A DNA stretch of 64,000 nucleotides, taken from Nitrospirota bacterium (GTDB lineage: Bacteria; Nitrospirota; UBA9217). The position numbers were made by a program, and so were the translations under genes. The notes beneath the pieces are model-generated. The model had not been told where the DNA came from. It was given only the letters and a program-made list of their open reading frames with translations, and searched no databases. The stretch is from NCBI GenBank assembly GCA_963751455.1, contig CAVVUN010000009.1, positions 382,889-446,888 on the forward strand. The letters are read 5' to 3'. This document shows, one piece after another, positions 50,168 to 59,508 of the stretch (position 1 is its first letter; every line of letters begins with the position of its first letter).

Positions 50168-50230
50168 ACCTTGCCAAGGTTGGGGTCACGAGTTCGAGTC
50201 TCGCCACCCGCTCCATTCAAGGCATAGAAT
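50168..50230 (+). repeat. att site: duplicated 3' part of tRNA-Gly plus 15 downstream bases
   Basis: ACCTTGCCAAGG...CCCGCTCCATTCAAGGCATAGAAT matches 34998-35060. Confidence 0.95.
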
Positions 50231-50492
50231 GACGGAGTTAACCACATCGGTTAACTCCTTTTCTATTTGCATGTCAGTTTTGTGCTTGAGTATGTTCCCT
50301 TTCAACGCGCCAGTCACCTATCGCTCAGTCTATCTTTTATCTCCTCTAAAGCGCATGCCTTCGTAAAAATGCAACAACCCATTCTGACTCTGCCCGAGTC
50401 GGATTGCTTCCCATGGCATAACATCATCAAGACCTTTTCCAATGAGCGATCTATTTGTACAGCAATAAAGAATAGGCAACCCGTCAACACAA

Positions 50493-50632
50493 CATTAAGA
50501 CAAATCTAAGAAAAAGCCCTTCTATCCGCAGATTTCGCAGATTGACGCAGATTCTAAAACCGGAATTCTGGTTTTGTTTTTATCTGCGAAATCTGCGTAA
50601 TCTGCGGATAAAAAAATGACCTGAGTAGTTAC
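50493..50632 (-). repeat. Partial second copy of the GTAACTACTCAG MITE-like element
   Basis: Reverse complement aligns to 28719-28887 with few mismatches and without the 31-bp insert. Confidence 0.85.
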
Positions 50633-51236
50633 AAAATAATCATAGTATTTCAAAATTAATTGTCTTGACGGTGATGGTTAGCCGGAGTTATTTATTAGTA
50701 TATCTGGTGATCAATCGACTCTGCGACCATTTTATGACTTCGTTTTTTTTGGTTATACTATTTGGTTATACTAACTGAACAGTAACACGCTTTCGCCGGA
50801 CACCGAGTGCCGATAACTCAGGAGTCGGCAATGAAACTGACAAGAACGAAATTATTTATAGTATTTACTGCTATTATTGCCGGGGTTGTGCTTGGCTTCC
50901 TGTTTGTTCTTCGCCCCCATAGGGAATAGGGAATTGGCAAATCAAGCACTTCACAGCACCATGGAAGCCGTGGAAGCGATTTTGGCAATTCTTATGGCGC
51001 TTTTCCTGCTCCACAGAAAGGAAGATGACCCTTCCGACAACAGCACTGTACTTGCCTTGGGATTTCTCGGAATGGGCATTCTGAATGCGGCACATGCAGC
51101 TACAGGGCCGGGAAATCAGTTTGTTTTCCTGAGAGCGGCAGCAAGTTTTGCCGGCGGACTCGGGTTCAGCCTCGTCTGGCTGCCTGTACAGTACAAGGCC
51201 ATTCTTAACAAGGCGTGGCTGTTCTGGACGGTCATA

Positions 51237-52344
51237 TTAACTGTCTCAAAATAGTGTTTACATAATTACGCACTTATGCTATGCTGTTTCGCATGAAAAA
51301 GACAGATGCGAGACGACTTGATCACAAGACTCTGACAGAACTGAGAAAACGTGCGGTAGCCAGTGTGCAGGAAGGTCAAAGCCCTGAGCTTGTAGCCAAA
51401 GCACTGAGTATTCACCGGGTAACCATCTATGGATGGCTGTCTCGATACCGCAACGGCGGCTGGGGTGCTCTGGACGCAAGCAAGCGCGGCGGACGCCCTA
51501 CGAAATTGGACGCTAAAGCCATGCAATGGATCTATCGCACCGTGACGATGAAGAACCCTCTTCAGATGAAGTTTACCTACGCCTTGTGGACGGCAAAGAT
51601 GATCGGCCAGATAATCTATCAGAGATTCGGTGTGCGATTGAGCAAGTCTTCTGTGTGCCGCTTGTTGGCGCAACTGGGACTGACGCCGCAGCGTCCTGTC
51701 TGGCGGGCCTATCAGCAAAAACCGGAGGAAGTTCAGCGCTGGCTGGAGAAAGAATATCCGAAGATTCGCAGCCTTGCACGCAAAGAAAAGGCGCAAATAT
51801 TCTTTGGAGATGAAGCTGGTGTTCGCTCTGATCATCATGCAGGCACCACCTGGGCAGTAAAAGGCAAGACTCCCGTTGTGAGCAGCACAGGAGCGCGCTT
51901 TAGTCTGAATATGATCTCGGCGGTAAGCGCACAAGGAGAATTCCGCTTCATGGTCGTCAAGGGGCGGGTAGGAGCGCAGCAATTTATTGAGTTTATCAAA
52001 CGATTGATTCATGGCACTGATCGAATGATTTTTCTGATTGTCGATGGGCATCCTGCCCATAAGGCCAAAAAGGTTTCGAAATTTGTTGAATCCATTAAGA
52101 AGCGCTTTCGACTGTTTTTTCTACCGCCCTATTCACCTGAGTTGAACCCCGACGAGCGGGTCTGGAACGATCTGAAGAATAACGCAATCGGCCAACAGGT
52201 TATTACCTCGCGCGATCAAATGCATGGGGCGGTAATAAGCCACCTGCGATTTATCCAGAAATCACCCGACCGTGTGCGGGCTTACTTCAATAACGAAACA
52301 ACCAAGTACGCGGTTTAATGTTGTTTCTATTATGGGACCGTTAA
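51237..52344 (+). mobile_element. IS630-family insertion sequence
   Basis: TIRs TTAACTGTCTCAAAATAG / CTATTATGGGACCGTTAA; TA duplicated at 51235-51236 and 52345-52346. Confidence 0.92.
51281..52318 (+). CDS. IS630 transposase
   Basis: HTH, FGDEAG, IVDGHPAH, LPPYSPELNPDERVW DDE motifs. Confidence 0.95.
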   Translation: MLFRMKKTDARRLDHKTLTELRKRAVASVQEGQSPELVAKALSIHRVTIYGWLSRYRNGGWGALDASKRGGRPTKLDAKAMQWIYRTVTMKNPLQMKFTYALWTAKMIGQIIYQRFGVRLSKSSVCRLLAQLGLTPQRPVWRAYQQKPEEVQRWLEKEYPKIRSLARKEKAQIFFGDEAGVRSDHHAGTTWAVKGKTPVVSSTGARFSLNMISAVSAQGEFRFMVVKGRVGAQQFIEFIKRLIHGTDRMIFLIVDGHPAHKAKKVSKFVESIKKRFRLFFLPPYSPELNPDERVWNDLKNNAIGQQVITSRDQMHGAVISHLRFIQKSPDRVRAYFNNETTKYAV

Positions 52345-53975
52345 TAACAGGCTCGCTCGTCATATGCAGCGTCGCGTTTCTTTTTCCTGCGGCGATACCC
52401 GCCATGCTGCACGGAACGAAATTCACTACTCCTGCCGCCGTAATCAACCTTGTTGCCGGCATGCTCTTCGTTTCAGGCGCCTTGCGCATGATGCTCGCCC
52501 TGTACCATTCAAATGCTCTCGAAGATCTGCTGTTCAGCCTCATCGGAATATTTTTCGGTCTGTCAGGTTTGACCTTTCAATACTCGATGCTCTGGTCCGA
52601 ATCCTGGTGGTATTGGCATGCATTGCGGCTCATGGGTTCGCTGTTGCTTCTGAGTTTATTGGTTCACCGGCATCTACAGGCGGTCACCAGTCTTAAAACG
52701 TCCCTTATCGAAAGGAACAAGGCGGAAAAATCGCTCAAACGTTCCTATGCATTTACCAAAACCGTACTCGACAGCATGAACGATGCAATCTCGCTCATCG
52801 ACGTCCGCGATTTCAGAATCATCGGCGTTAACAGCGTTTTCCTGAAAGAATACGGGCTTTCCGATGAATCGGAGGTAGTTGGAAAGCATTGTTACGAGAT
52901 AACGCACCGACGGCGTGACGTCTGCGCGGCCCCGGACGACATATGCCCGCTCGCAGAGACCGTAAAGAGCGGAAAGCACTTTGCGGTAGACCATGTACAT
53001 TACGACAGTCACGGAGAGAAGAAATTCGTTGAGGTCTCGACCTCTCCCATAAAGGACGAGGACGGTCAGGTCGTACAGGTGGTTCATGTCGCTAAAGATA
53101 TTACCGGCCGCAAGCGGGCGGAAGAAGAACGGGAGCTGCTGCTAGCGGATATCGCGCGCTCAAATAAGGAGCTCGAACAATTCGCTTATGTTGCTTCTCA
53201 TGATCTCAGGGAACCGCTTCGAATGGTGTCGTCGTTCGTCCAGCTCCTGGAGCAGAAGTACAAGGGGCAATTGGACGATAAGGCGGATAAATACATCCGG
53301 TTTGCCGTTGACGGTGCAGACCGGATGCAGAAGCTGATCGAAGGCCTGCTCGCATATTCACGCATTACCCGTGGCGCCGCTCAATTCGGTCCGGTTGACA
53401 CCAACAGGATATTCTCTCTGGCTGTTTCCAATCTTTCGGCTTCGATTCAGGAATGCAGCGCCCTGGTCAACAAAGACGACCTGCCCATGGTCCTGGGCGA
53501 TGAAACCCAGCTGTTGCAGCTATTTCAAAATCTTATCGGCAACGCCGTTAAGTATCGAAGGCCCCGGACACAGCCGCACGTACATATTTCCTCAGCACGA
53601 GAAGGAACTCACTATGTCTTCTCGGTTCGGGATAACGGTATAGGCATTGAACCGGATAGTTACGACCGGATATTTCAGATCTTCCAGAGGCTCCATTCGC
53701 ATGATGAATACGCGGGGGCCGGGATAGGACTTGCTGTCTGCAAACGTATCGTGGAGCGGCACCATGGCCGAATCTGGATCGAATCGGCTCCCGGCAAGGG
53801 ATCAACGTTTTATTTCACGGTCCCGGCGGCCAAGAAGGAAAAGAAATACGAACTGGAACTGCAGGCCGCATCCCGTTGACCGCCTGTGTTGCTTTTCAAT
53901 CATAAAACCGGAGTTGACCGGGATCGGTTATCTCCTTTTCTGTTTGGCGGCCGTTTATTTTCGTGCGCAGGCATA

Positions 53976-54320
53976 TCAGCATGTTAAATGAAGCACCGCG
54001 ATGACATGCTTTTTCTTTCCCTGCAAGCCGTTGAACAGATCAACCGCTTTCCCTGTTTTGTCAACTTTGACGTCAACCCCATGTGAAGCGACATACTCTA
54101 TTGTCTTCTTCGGCACCGTCATCACTCCCGAGTATCCGGTTCCTATGATCAGGATGTCCGGGAGGGCATTGAGAACGTCCGCAATATCTTCCGGATAAAG
54201 TCGATGCCCCTCTTTTCGCCGCCAGGTTGCATCCACCCGGTCACTGAAGATAATAACATCCGACCCGTAGGCCTGCCCGTCGATTACAATGCGCCCGAAT
54301 GAGTAAGAATCTATCTTCAT
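53976..54320 (-). CDS. Mth938-like domain protein
   Basis: IDSYSFG.I.IDG..Y..DVII, IIGTG..G, C-terminal LHLTC. Confidence 0.85.
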   Translation of the reverse strand: MKIDSYSFGRIVIDGQAYGSDVIIFSDRVDATWRRKEGHRLYPEDIADVLNALPDILIIGTGYSGVMTVPKKTIEYVASHGVDVKVDKTGKAVDLFNGLQGKKKHVIAVLHLTC

Positions 54321-54344
54321 GCCGGTCAGCCCTTTCCTCCGGCC

Positions 54345-55544
54345 TCAGCATACAGGATACTTTCCCTCGCTTAATTCCCTGCACAATTTGTCGATTGCAG
54401 ATAATTCACGAACGATGATCTCTTCGACTTGACGTGCGACATCTTTTATCTCCAGTCCATCCTGAGGCAGTATCTGTGCGGCGGCAATTTGCGGCCTGTC
54501 GATCGGTGTGCCGATCCTGCTCACAAGAAAGACATACACTTCGCGCGTGCCCTCGATCTCGTTAAAAAGTGTCTGAGCGATCCGATGCGAAAGCACGTTA
54601 TAGATTTTTCCCGCATGGCTTACGGGATTTTTCCCTGCAGCAGCCTCGGTGCCCATGGGCCTGTTCACCGATATGACTCCGTTCACCCGGTTGCCGCGCC
54701 CTACCTGCCCGGAATCAGCATCTTCTGCCGAGGTGCCGGTGAGGCTCAGATAAATGCCTTCCATCCCCTTCCCGCGCTCGTCCAGGGTATTGTAGTGGAT
54801 GCTGATATCGTCAAACTCCTCGAATTGCCGTACGAACCCGGCCATCTCTCTGGTCAGAACTTCTTTCCGGTCAAAATAGTCCTGCTCTGACGATATAAAG
54901 CCACACAGCAACGGCATGGCGACGGTCAGATCCAGGTCCTTTTCCCGCCTTAACGCCATAACCTTTATGTCCTCGCCTGTTTCGGGATGAATCTGCTTGA
55001 ATTCAAGCGAGTTCAGATGCCTTTCCAGTGCAAGGACTGCCTGTTCAGTCGGGCTGAGAGGATAATAGCCTACCGTGGCTGAGGTATCGTTGGCCACTTT
55101 TATACCGGGCCGCGAAAATATGTTCGTGAGTTCCTCAGAGCCCGGTGCAAGCATGACCCGGTAGGACAGATGTTGTACCGGATCCACGTGTCGCATGTTT
55201 GTCGCAAGCCACGTGCGAGCCGCAGCAACGGCGATATCCGCGATTGGAATACTCCTGCCGCCGGCTTCACTCGTTGCCCGGTCACCGATCGTAAATTCCA
55301 TGGGCCGCAGCACCCGACCTCCTTTGAAATGCTTCTCGACGCTTCCCGCCGCAAGCAGGCCTTTGTCTATATTATGATGGAGGATGGTCCCGAACTCCTT
55401 CAGATACGCCTGGGAGAGTGCAACAGAAATGGCATCCATCATGGAATCGCACAGAAAATCGGGATGGCCCCTGCCTTTCCGCTCAACAATTTCGAGGCGC
55501 TGGTCAACGATCGGTAGTCCCGGGTATGGTTCAACGATGATCAT
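54345..55544 (-). CDS. Archaeal-type S-adenosylmethionine synthetase (methionine adenosyltransferase)
   Basis: IVERKGRGHPD, HHNIDK, ANDTS, GEDIKVM, DSGQVGRGNRVNG, EAAAGKNPVSH.GK.YN. Confidence 0.9.
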   Translation of the reverse strand: MIIVEPYPGLPIVDQRLEIVERKGRGHPDFLCDSMMDAISVALSQAYLKEFGTILHHNIDKGLLAAGSVEKHFKGGRVLRPMEFTIGDRATSEAGGRSIPIADIAVAAARTWLATNMRHVDPVQHLSYRVMLAPGSEELTNIFSRPGIKVANDTSATVGYYPLSPTEQAVLALERHLNSLEFKQIHPETGEDIKVMALRREKDLDLTVAMPLLCGFISSEQDYFDRKEVLTREMAGFVRQFEEFDDISIHYNTLDERGKGMEGIYLSLTGTSAEDADSGQVGRGNRVNGVISVNRPMGTEAAAGKNPVSHAGKIYNVLSHRIAQTLFNEIEGTREVYVFLVSRIGTPIDRPQIAAAQILPQDGLEIKDVARQVEEIIVRELSAIDKLCRELSEGKYPVC

Positions 55545-55730
55545 ACTAAAGCAAACGCATTAATTTGTGTTAAATCTCCCCCCCCTCTTTTTTCCGAAGA
55601 GGGGAATAAAATGATCTCCCCCTTTGAAAAAGGGGGATTAAGGGGGATTTAAGCATCCGCGATTCAACAAACAGGTAACAATATTAAGTGCGTCTATTAA
55701 AAGCAAACGCATTAATTTGTATTAAATTTC

Positions 55731-57017
55731 TGTGCAACATGCACATGGGTTACATTTTAACCTGTGGACATGGGTTACACTTTTTTTAACTTAGGTTCCA
55801 CTTTTCCGAGCTTGACGTCGAGTATGCCGATAGGATGGAAACCGAAGCGAATTTCGTATTTTCCATCGGCAGTCTCGATAAGGCCGATTCTCGCTCCGGC
55901 CAGGAGCTCGGAGATGAAGTAGTAAGTTCCGTTAAACCGGATCTCGCCGTGAAGGCGGATCTTGCGGACCTTGATGCCATGATCGTACTCAGGTTCGCGG
56001 AGTTTTTCCGGGAACCTCCTGGGTGATGGTTCGTAAACGCTCGCGGGCGTCTTTTTATTGAGCGCCTCATGCGGGCGGTCGTAATTGTACTCGTGCCGGA
56101 ACTCATCAAACCGGATTTGCTGCCGGTCCATATTGGCCTTAGGCGGCTTGGCGGTGTCCTGTTTCAGGGTCCGGTGCATCCGCTCGTGGCGCCCGTTCTG
56201 CTGGGGCTTGCCGGATTCTATCCGTTCCGGCCTAATACCGAGTTTGATGAGCCATACCGACAATCGGCTGAGGCCCGTTACCCCGCGTCCGGCAAACGGC
56301 GTCCCGTTGTCGGTACGAATCGCTTCCGGCAGGCCGAACTCCCGGAACGCCCACTCGAACCAGGGCTGGGTGTCCGCATGGCAAGGGGAATAAAGGCCCT
56401 TGCACGTAAGCAGGTAACGGCTCATGTTGTCGGTGATGGTCAAGGGATAACACCATCGGCCGTCGCCTGTCTTGAACTGGCCCTTGTAGTCTGCGCTCCA
56501 GACTTTGTTCGGTGCATCGCAGGCCAGGAACGGCTCACTGTATTTCGGCGTTTTCTTGCGCAGCCGCCGGTCCTTGACAAGGCCGTGTCGTTTAAGCCAT
56601 TTCTCGGCGGTACAGACAGAGGGCCATTTAATCTGGGGCTCGTCCCGGTTTAAGAGGTCTAACAGCTTCTCGGGACCCCAGGTCATATGCAGCAGCTTTG
56701 CTTCAACCAGACGGTTGATGATTTCCTCATCGGTCTGGTTCGGGTGAACGATTGGAGCTCGGCAGAGCTCTTTCAGGCCGTCTTGGCCGAGACTGTCGTA
56801 ACGCTCGGTCCACTTATAAATTGTCTTGCGGCTTACTCCGTAGATCACCGACAGATCGGTGATACTGTAGCCGTTAAGCCAGTCGGCTATTAGCTTTAAA
56901 CGCTCTTCCATGGGCTCCGTCTTTCTCCAGGGCATAGGATGATCCTCCTAGCCCTGCAGTTTAACGTGTTACCCATGTCCATAGGTTAGTTTGTTACCTA
57001 TGTTAGCAGGTTGTACC
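55731..57017 (-). mobile_element. IS481-family insertion sequence
   Basis: Ends TGTGCAACATGC / GCAGGTTGTACC with repeated ACATGGGT(T/A)ACA subterminal motifs; no clear target duplication. Confidence 0.85.
55775..56935 (-). CDS. IS481 transposase
   Basis: MPW start, GVSRKT.YKW HTH, WSADYKG, RTDNGTPF, PQQNGRHERMHRTLK. Confidence 0.93.
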   Translation of the reverse strand: MPWRKTEPMEERLKLIADWLNGYSITDLSVIYGVSRKTIYKWTERYDSLGQDGLKELCRAPIVHPNQTDEEIINRLVEAKLLHMTWGPEKLLDLLNRDEPQIKWPSVCTAEKWLKRHGLVKDRRLRKKTPKYSEPFLACDAPNKVWSADYKGQFKTGDGRWCYPLTITDNMSRYLLTCKGLYSPCHADTQPWFEWAFREFGLPEAIRTDNGTPFAGRGVTGLSRLSVWLIKLGIRPERIESGKPQQNGRHERMHRTLKQDTAKPPKANMDRQQIRFDEFRHEYNYDRPHEALNKKTPASVYEPSPRRFPEKLREPEYDHGIKVRKIRLHGEIRFNGTYYFISELLAGARIGLIETADGKYEIRFGFHPIGILDVKLGKVEPKLKKV

Positions 57018-57402
57018 CTCCCCTCGCCCCTCTTTTCCAAAGAGGGGAATAAAATGAGCTCCCCCTTTGAAAAAGGGGGATTAAGGAGGATTTAAGCAAC
57101 AGCGATTCAACAAACAGGTAACAATATTAAATGCGTCTGTATTAGTTACTGCAAAATCAATTTCTATAAAAAAGGCCCGTCAACGATCTCCCGGGGAAAT
57201 CTGCCTCTGCGTTTCCCTTGACGAAATCACCCATAATATTTCCGAGCAGAGAGCGGTGTGCTGTCCGATAAAAACATATGTGCCGGGTAATACATATATT
57301 GAGGATTTTTTGCGGCGCATGCGGAAATAGAGCTGCTTGGCAGCTCTATCCCTTATCGCACACGACGAGGTATGGGCGTGTTTCGTTGTATTTTTCCCTA
57401 TT

Positions 57403-57825
57403 TCATGAGTGTTTTGCATAGGCTTCTTCGAGGCTGATGAACTCGTCGAACTCTTCTTTTATCTCAGCAGCGAGATCGGATGAAGATAAGAGGCCGACAA
57501 CTTTTCCGTCTTCCATAACAGGAAGTCTCCGGACATTTGCCTTGCTCATTGTCTTCAATGCGTCATTAACATCGGCAGACAAGTTGATCGAGATCGGGTC
57601 CGGCTTCATTATATCCGCCACAATCGTTGTCTGAGGGTCTTTCGATTCCGCTGCTACATTCAAGGCAATGTCCCTGTCCGTCAATATCCCCTTGAGCTTC
57701 GAGCCGTCTTCGACGATCAGTATCGAACCGATATTATATTCTTTCATCTTGGCGGCCGCATCATGAATTGACTCGGACGGCGAGCAGGTCACCAGGTTCT
57801 TCTGCATAATTTGTTTGACTGTCAT
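57403..57825 (-). CDS. CBS-domain protein
   Basis: Two CBS repeats (VKQIM...GILTDRDI; VADIM...VRRLPV...VGLLS); AGGAGG RBS. Confidence 0.9.
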   Translation of the reverse strand: MTVKQIMQKNLVTCSPSESIHDAAAKMKEYNIGSILIVEDGSKLKGILTDRDIALNVAAESKDPQTTIVADIMKPDPISINLSADVNDALKTMSKANVRRLPVMEDGKVVGLLSSSDLAAEIKEEFDEFISLEEAYAKHS

Positions 57826-57910
57826 AACGACCTCCTTTCATAAGGTCTCCCCTCGCCTCGCCGGTAATTGAGACATAAAAGAAAAAGCCGGGCTTGCCGG
57901 AAGATTGTCC

Positions 57911-57990
57911 TTCGGCAGCTCGGCCGTCTTTTCGTGAAGACCCGCCGCTTTCCTTTCCCCTCGTTCAGAGAGGTTTGGCTTTGTCGGGAG
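57911..57990 (-). ncRNA. Cyclic di-GMP-I (GEMM) riboswitch with overlapping terminator (to ~57877)
   Basis: Minus strand GCCAAACC..P2..GGAAAGC.GCGGGTCT..AGACGGCCGAGCTGCCGA fits GEMM-I; followed by GCCGAGCTGCCG/CGGCAAGCCCGGC-TTTTT. Confidence 0.78.
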
Positions 57991-58102
57991 TACTCTCTAT
58001 TTAAAATATAACACGGACTATTTCGCTTGTCGAATCACAAGAAATCGGTACCAACATCGACACGGAGTGAGAGTGAGCGACTTTGGTTATAAATCGGCCG
58101 CT

Positions 58103-58750
58103 TCACGCTGCTGCCCTCTCCCGGAAATCCTCAATAAGTCGAACAACTTCCGCATCGGTTATCTGCGGGAATTCAAGATAGTAAGCGCCGACCGCCATGA
58201 AATCCTCAGGGGTCTCCAAGCAGATGAAAATATCGACCATTCCTCTGACTTCGGACGCGGTGCTCAGCGGTGCAACTGGAACGGCAACAATTAATTTCTC
58301 GATCTTTTCCAGTTTCAGCGTGGTGATGGCAGACTTCATTGTCGCGCCGGTTGCGATGCCGTCATCGACGAGAATAATGATTTTGCCCTTCAAGCCGTCC
58401 AATTTTCCCCCAGCCCGGTACAGCTGCTGCCGTCGTTTGATCTCCTCTTTTTGTTCCGCAGCTTCGGAGCGCAGATATTCTTTAGTAACGCCCGGGCTGG
58501 ATACCACATCTTCGTTATAGACCACAGCCCCGGTTTCCGATATCGCACCCACGGCAAGCTCCGGCTGCCAGGGATGGCCTATTTTCCTGACTATTAGCAC
58601 ATCAAGAGGAGAATTGAGGCGTCGTGCAATTTCGGCACCGGTGACAACCCCTCCTCTCGGAAGCGCGAGAACGAGTACGTTACGCTGTCCTCTAAAATCT
58701 GTAAGTTTTTCTGCCAGTTGAATTCCGGCGTATTTTCTGTCTTTAAACAC
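58103..58750 (-). CDS. Phosphoribosyltransferase family protein
   Basis: MFKDR..AG, LALPRGGV, VRKIG.P..PELAVGA, LVDDGIATGAT PRPP motif. Confidence 0.9.
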   Translation of the reverse strand: MFKDRKYAGIQLAEKLTDFRGQRNVLVLALPRGGVVTGAEIARRLNSPLDVLIVRKIGHPWQPELAVGAISETGAVVYNEDVVSSPGVTKEYLRSEAAEQKEEIKRRQQLYRAGGKLDGLKGKIIILVDDGIATGATMKSAITTLKLEKIEKLIVAVPVAPLSTASEVRGMVDIFICLETPEDFMAVGAYYLEFPQITDAEVVRLIEDFRERAAA

Positions 58751-58898
58751 AATACATCATCTCCCTGATTTAATTTTAGCAAAATAAGCTTCTCTAACTC
58801 GTGAATGTTTTAATTGAATGGCCAACGTCGATCATTTGTATTGCGAACTGACCAAACTTAGTATTAAATTAAATTGAGAGAGATGTCCATTAGCCCCG

Positions 58899-59327
58899 TC
58901 ACGACCGTGCTTGCGCACGCTTTCGCCTGCGCAGCCAGTCTTCTTTTATCATCCTTTCAATGTAGAGCTCCGCAACCGGAGTGATAACCGTCTCACGGCT
59001 ATGCAGATTTTTATAAACAATGTCGATATAATCGTCGAGGCCGGTTTTGGAATAAATATTCCAGTTCTTCGACAAAAAATGGTCGTAAATAACATCAATG
59101 ATAATACCCGAGAATCTGCATCGTACTTTGCTGATTAATCTCTTGCTCGATGAGACAGTGGAGTGGGTGTCCGTAAAATGATCGATTCTGCGGTGGCGAA
59201 TGATCCCGTCGACAATCTCCTGCGGGAAAAGGCCCTCTACGTTGCCTTTGACGAAATCCCCCATAAAATCCCCGAGCATCGAGGCAGGCGTATTATCGGA
59301 TAAGTACATATGCGCCAGGTAATTCAT
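58899..59327 (-). pseudogene. acpH: ACP phosphodiesterase (AcpH/DUF479), C-terminally truncated
   Basis: MNYLAH, DFVKG, HRRID.FTD.H, D..YDHFL; family similarity ends after EDWL. Confidence 0.75.
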
Positions 59328-59508
59328 TTTTTCCGACACCTTCCGTCACTTCACCCTTTATCAAAAGGGCATCGCTTCTTCATTGCCTGTGTTATAAATC
59401 TGACCCTTGCGCGTACTGGGCGAGAGTCTTCTTCAACTCATTCAGCTTCTCGCTGAAAGCACGCGCACGAAGAAACGAATGAACAATGCAATGTTTAGAG
59501 ACAATCCG

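Larger units (their letters stand above)
34998..50230. mobile_element. 15.2-kb integrative phage-related element (satellite-like or reduced prophage) in tRNA-Gly
   Basis: 63-bp direct repeat with 1 mismatch at 34998-35060 and 50168-50230; integrase next to the tRNA; all genes on the minus strand. Confidence 0.92.
50831..53879 (+). pseudogene. Membrane sensor (MASE3-like)-PAS histidine kinase interrupted by IS630
   Basis: Removing the IS restores FWTVI-TGSLVICS in frame; PAS (VGKHCYE), FAYVASHDLREPL H-box, NLIGNAVKY, DNGIGI, GIGLAVC; extra frameshift near 50905. Confidence 0.85.
55546..57145. repeat. Tandem pair of ~155-bp palindromic repeats, second copy split by IS481
   Basis: Copy 1 55546-55700; copy 2 55699-55730 plus 57018-57145; both carry CCCCCTTTGAAAAAGGGGG hairpins and ACGCATT/A(G/A)TGCGT ends. 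Confidence 0.8.

Noticed and set aside
50168-50215. Second tRNA-Gly gene
   Set aside because: Lacks the 5' acceptor strand and D-arm; it is the att duplication.
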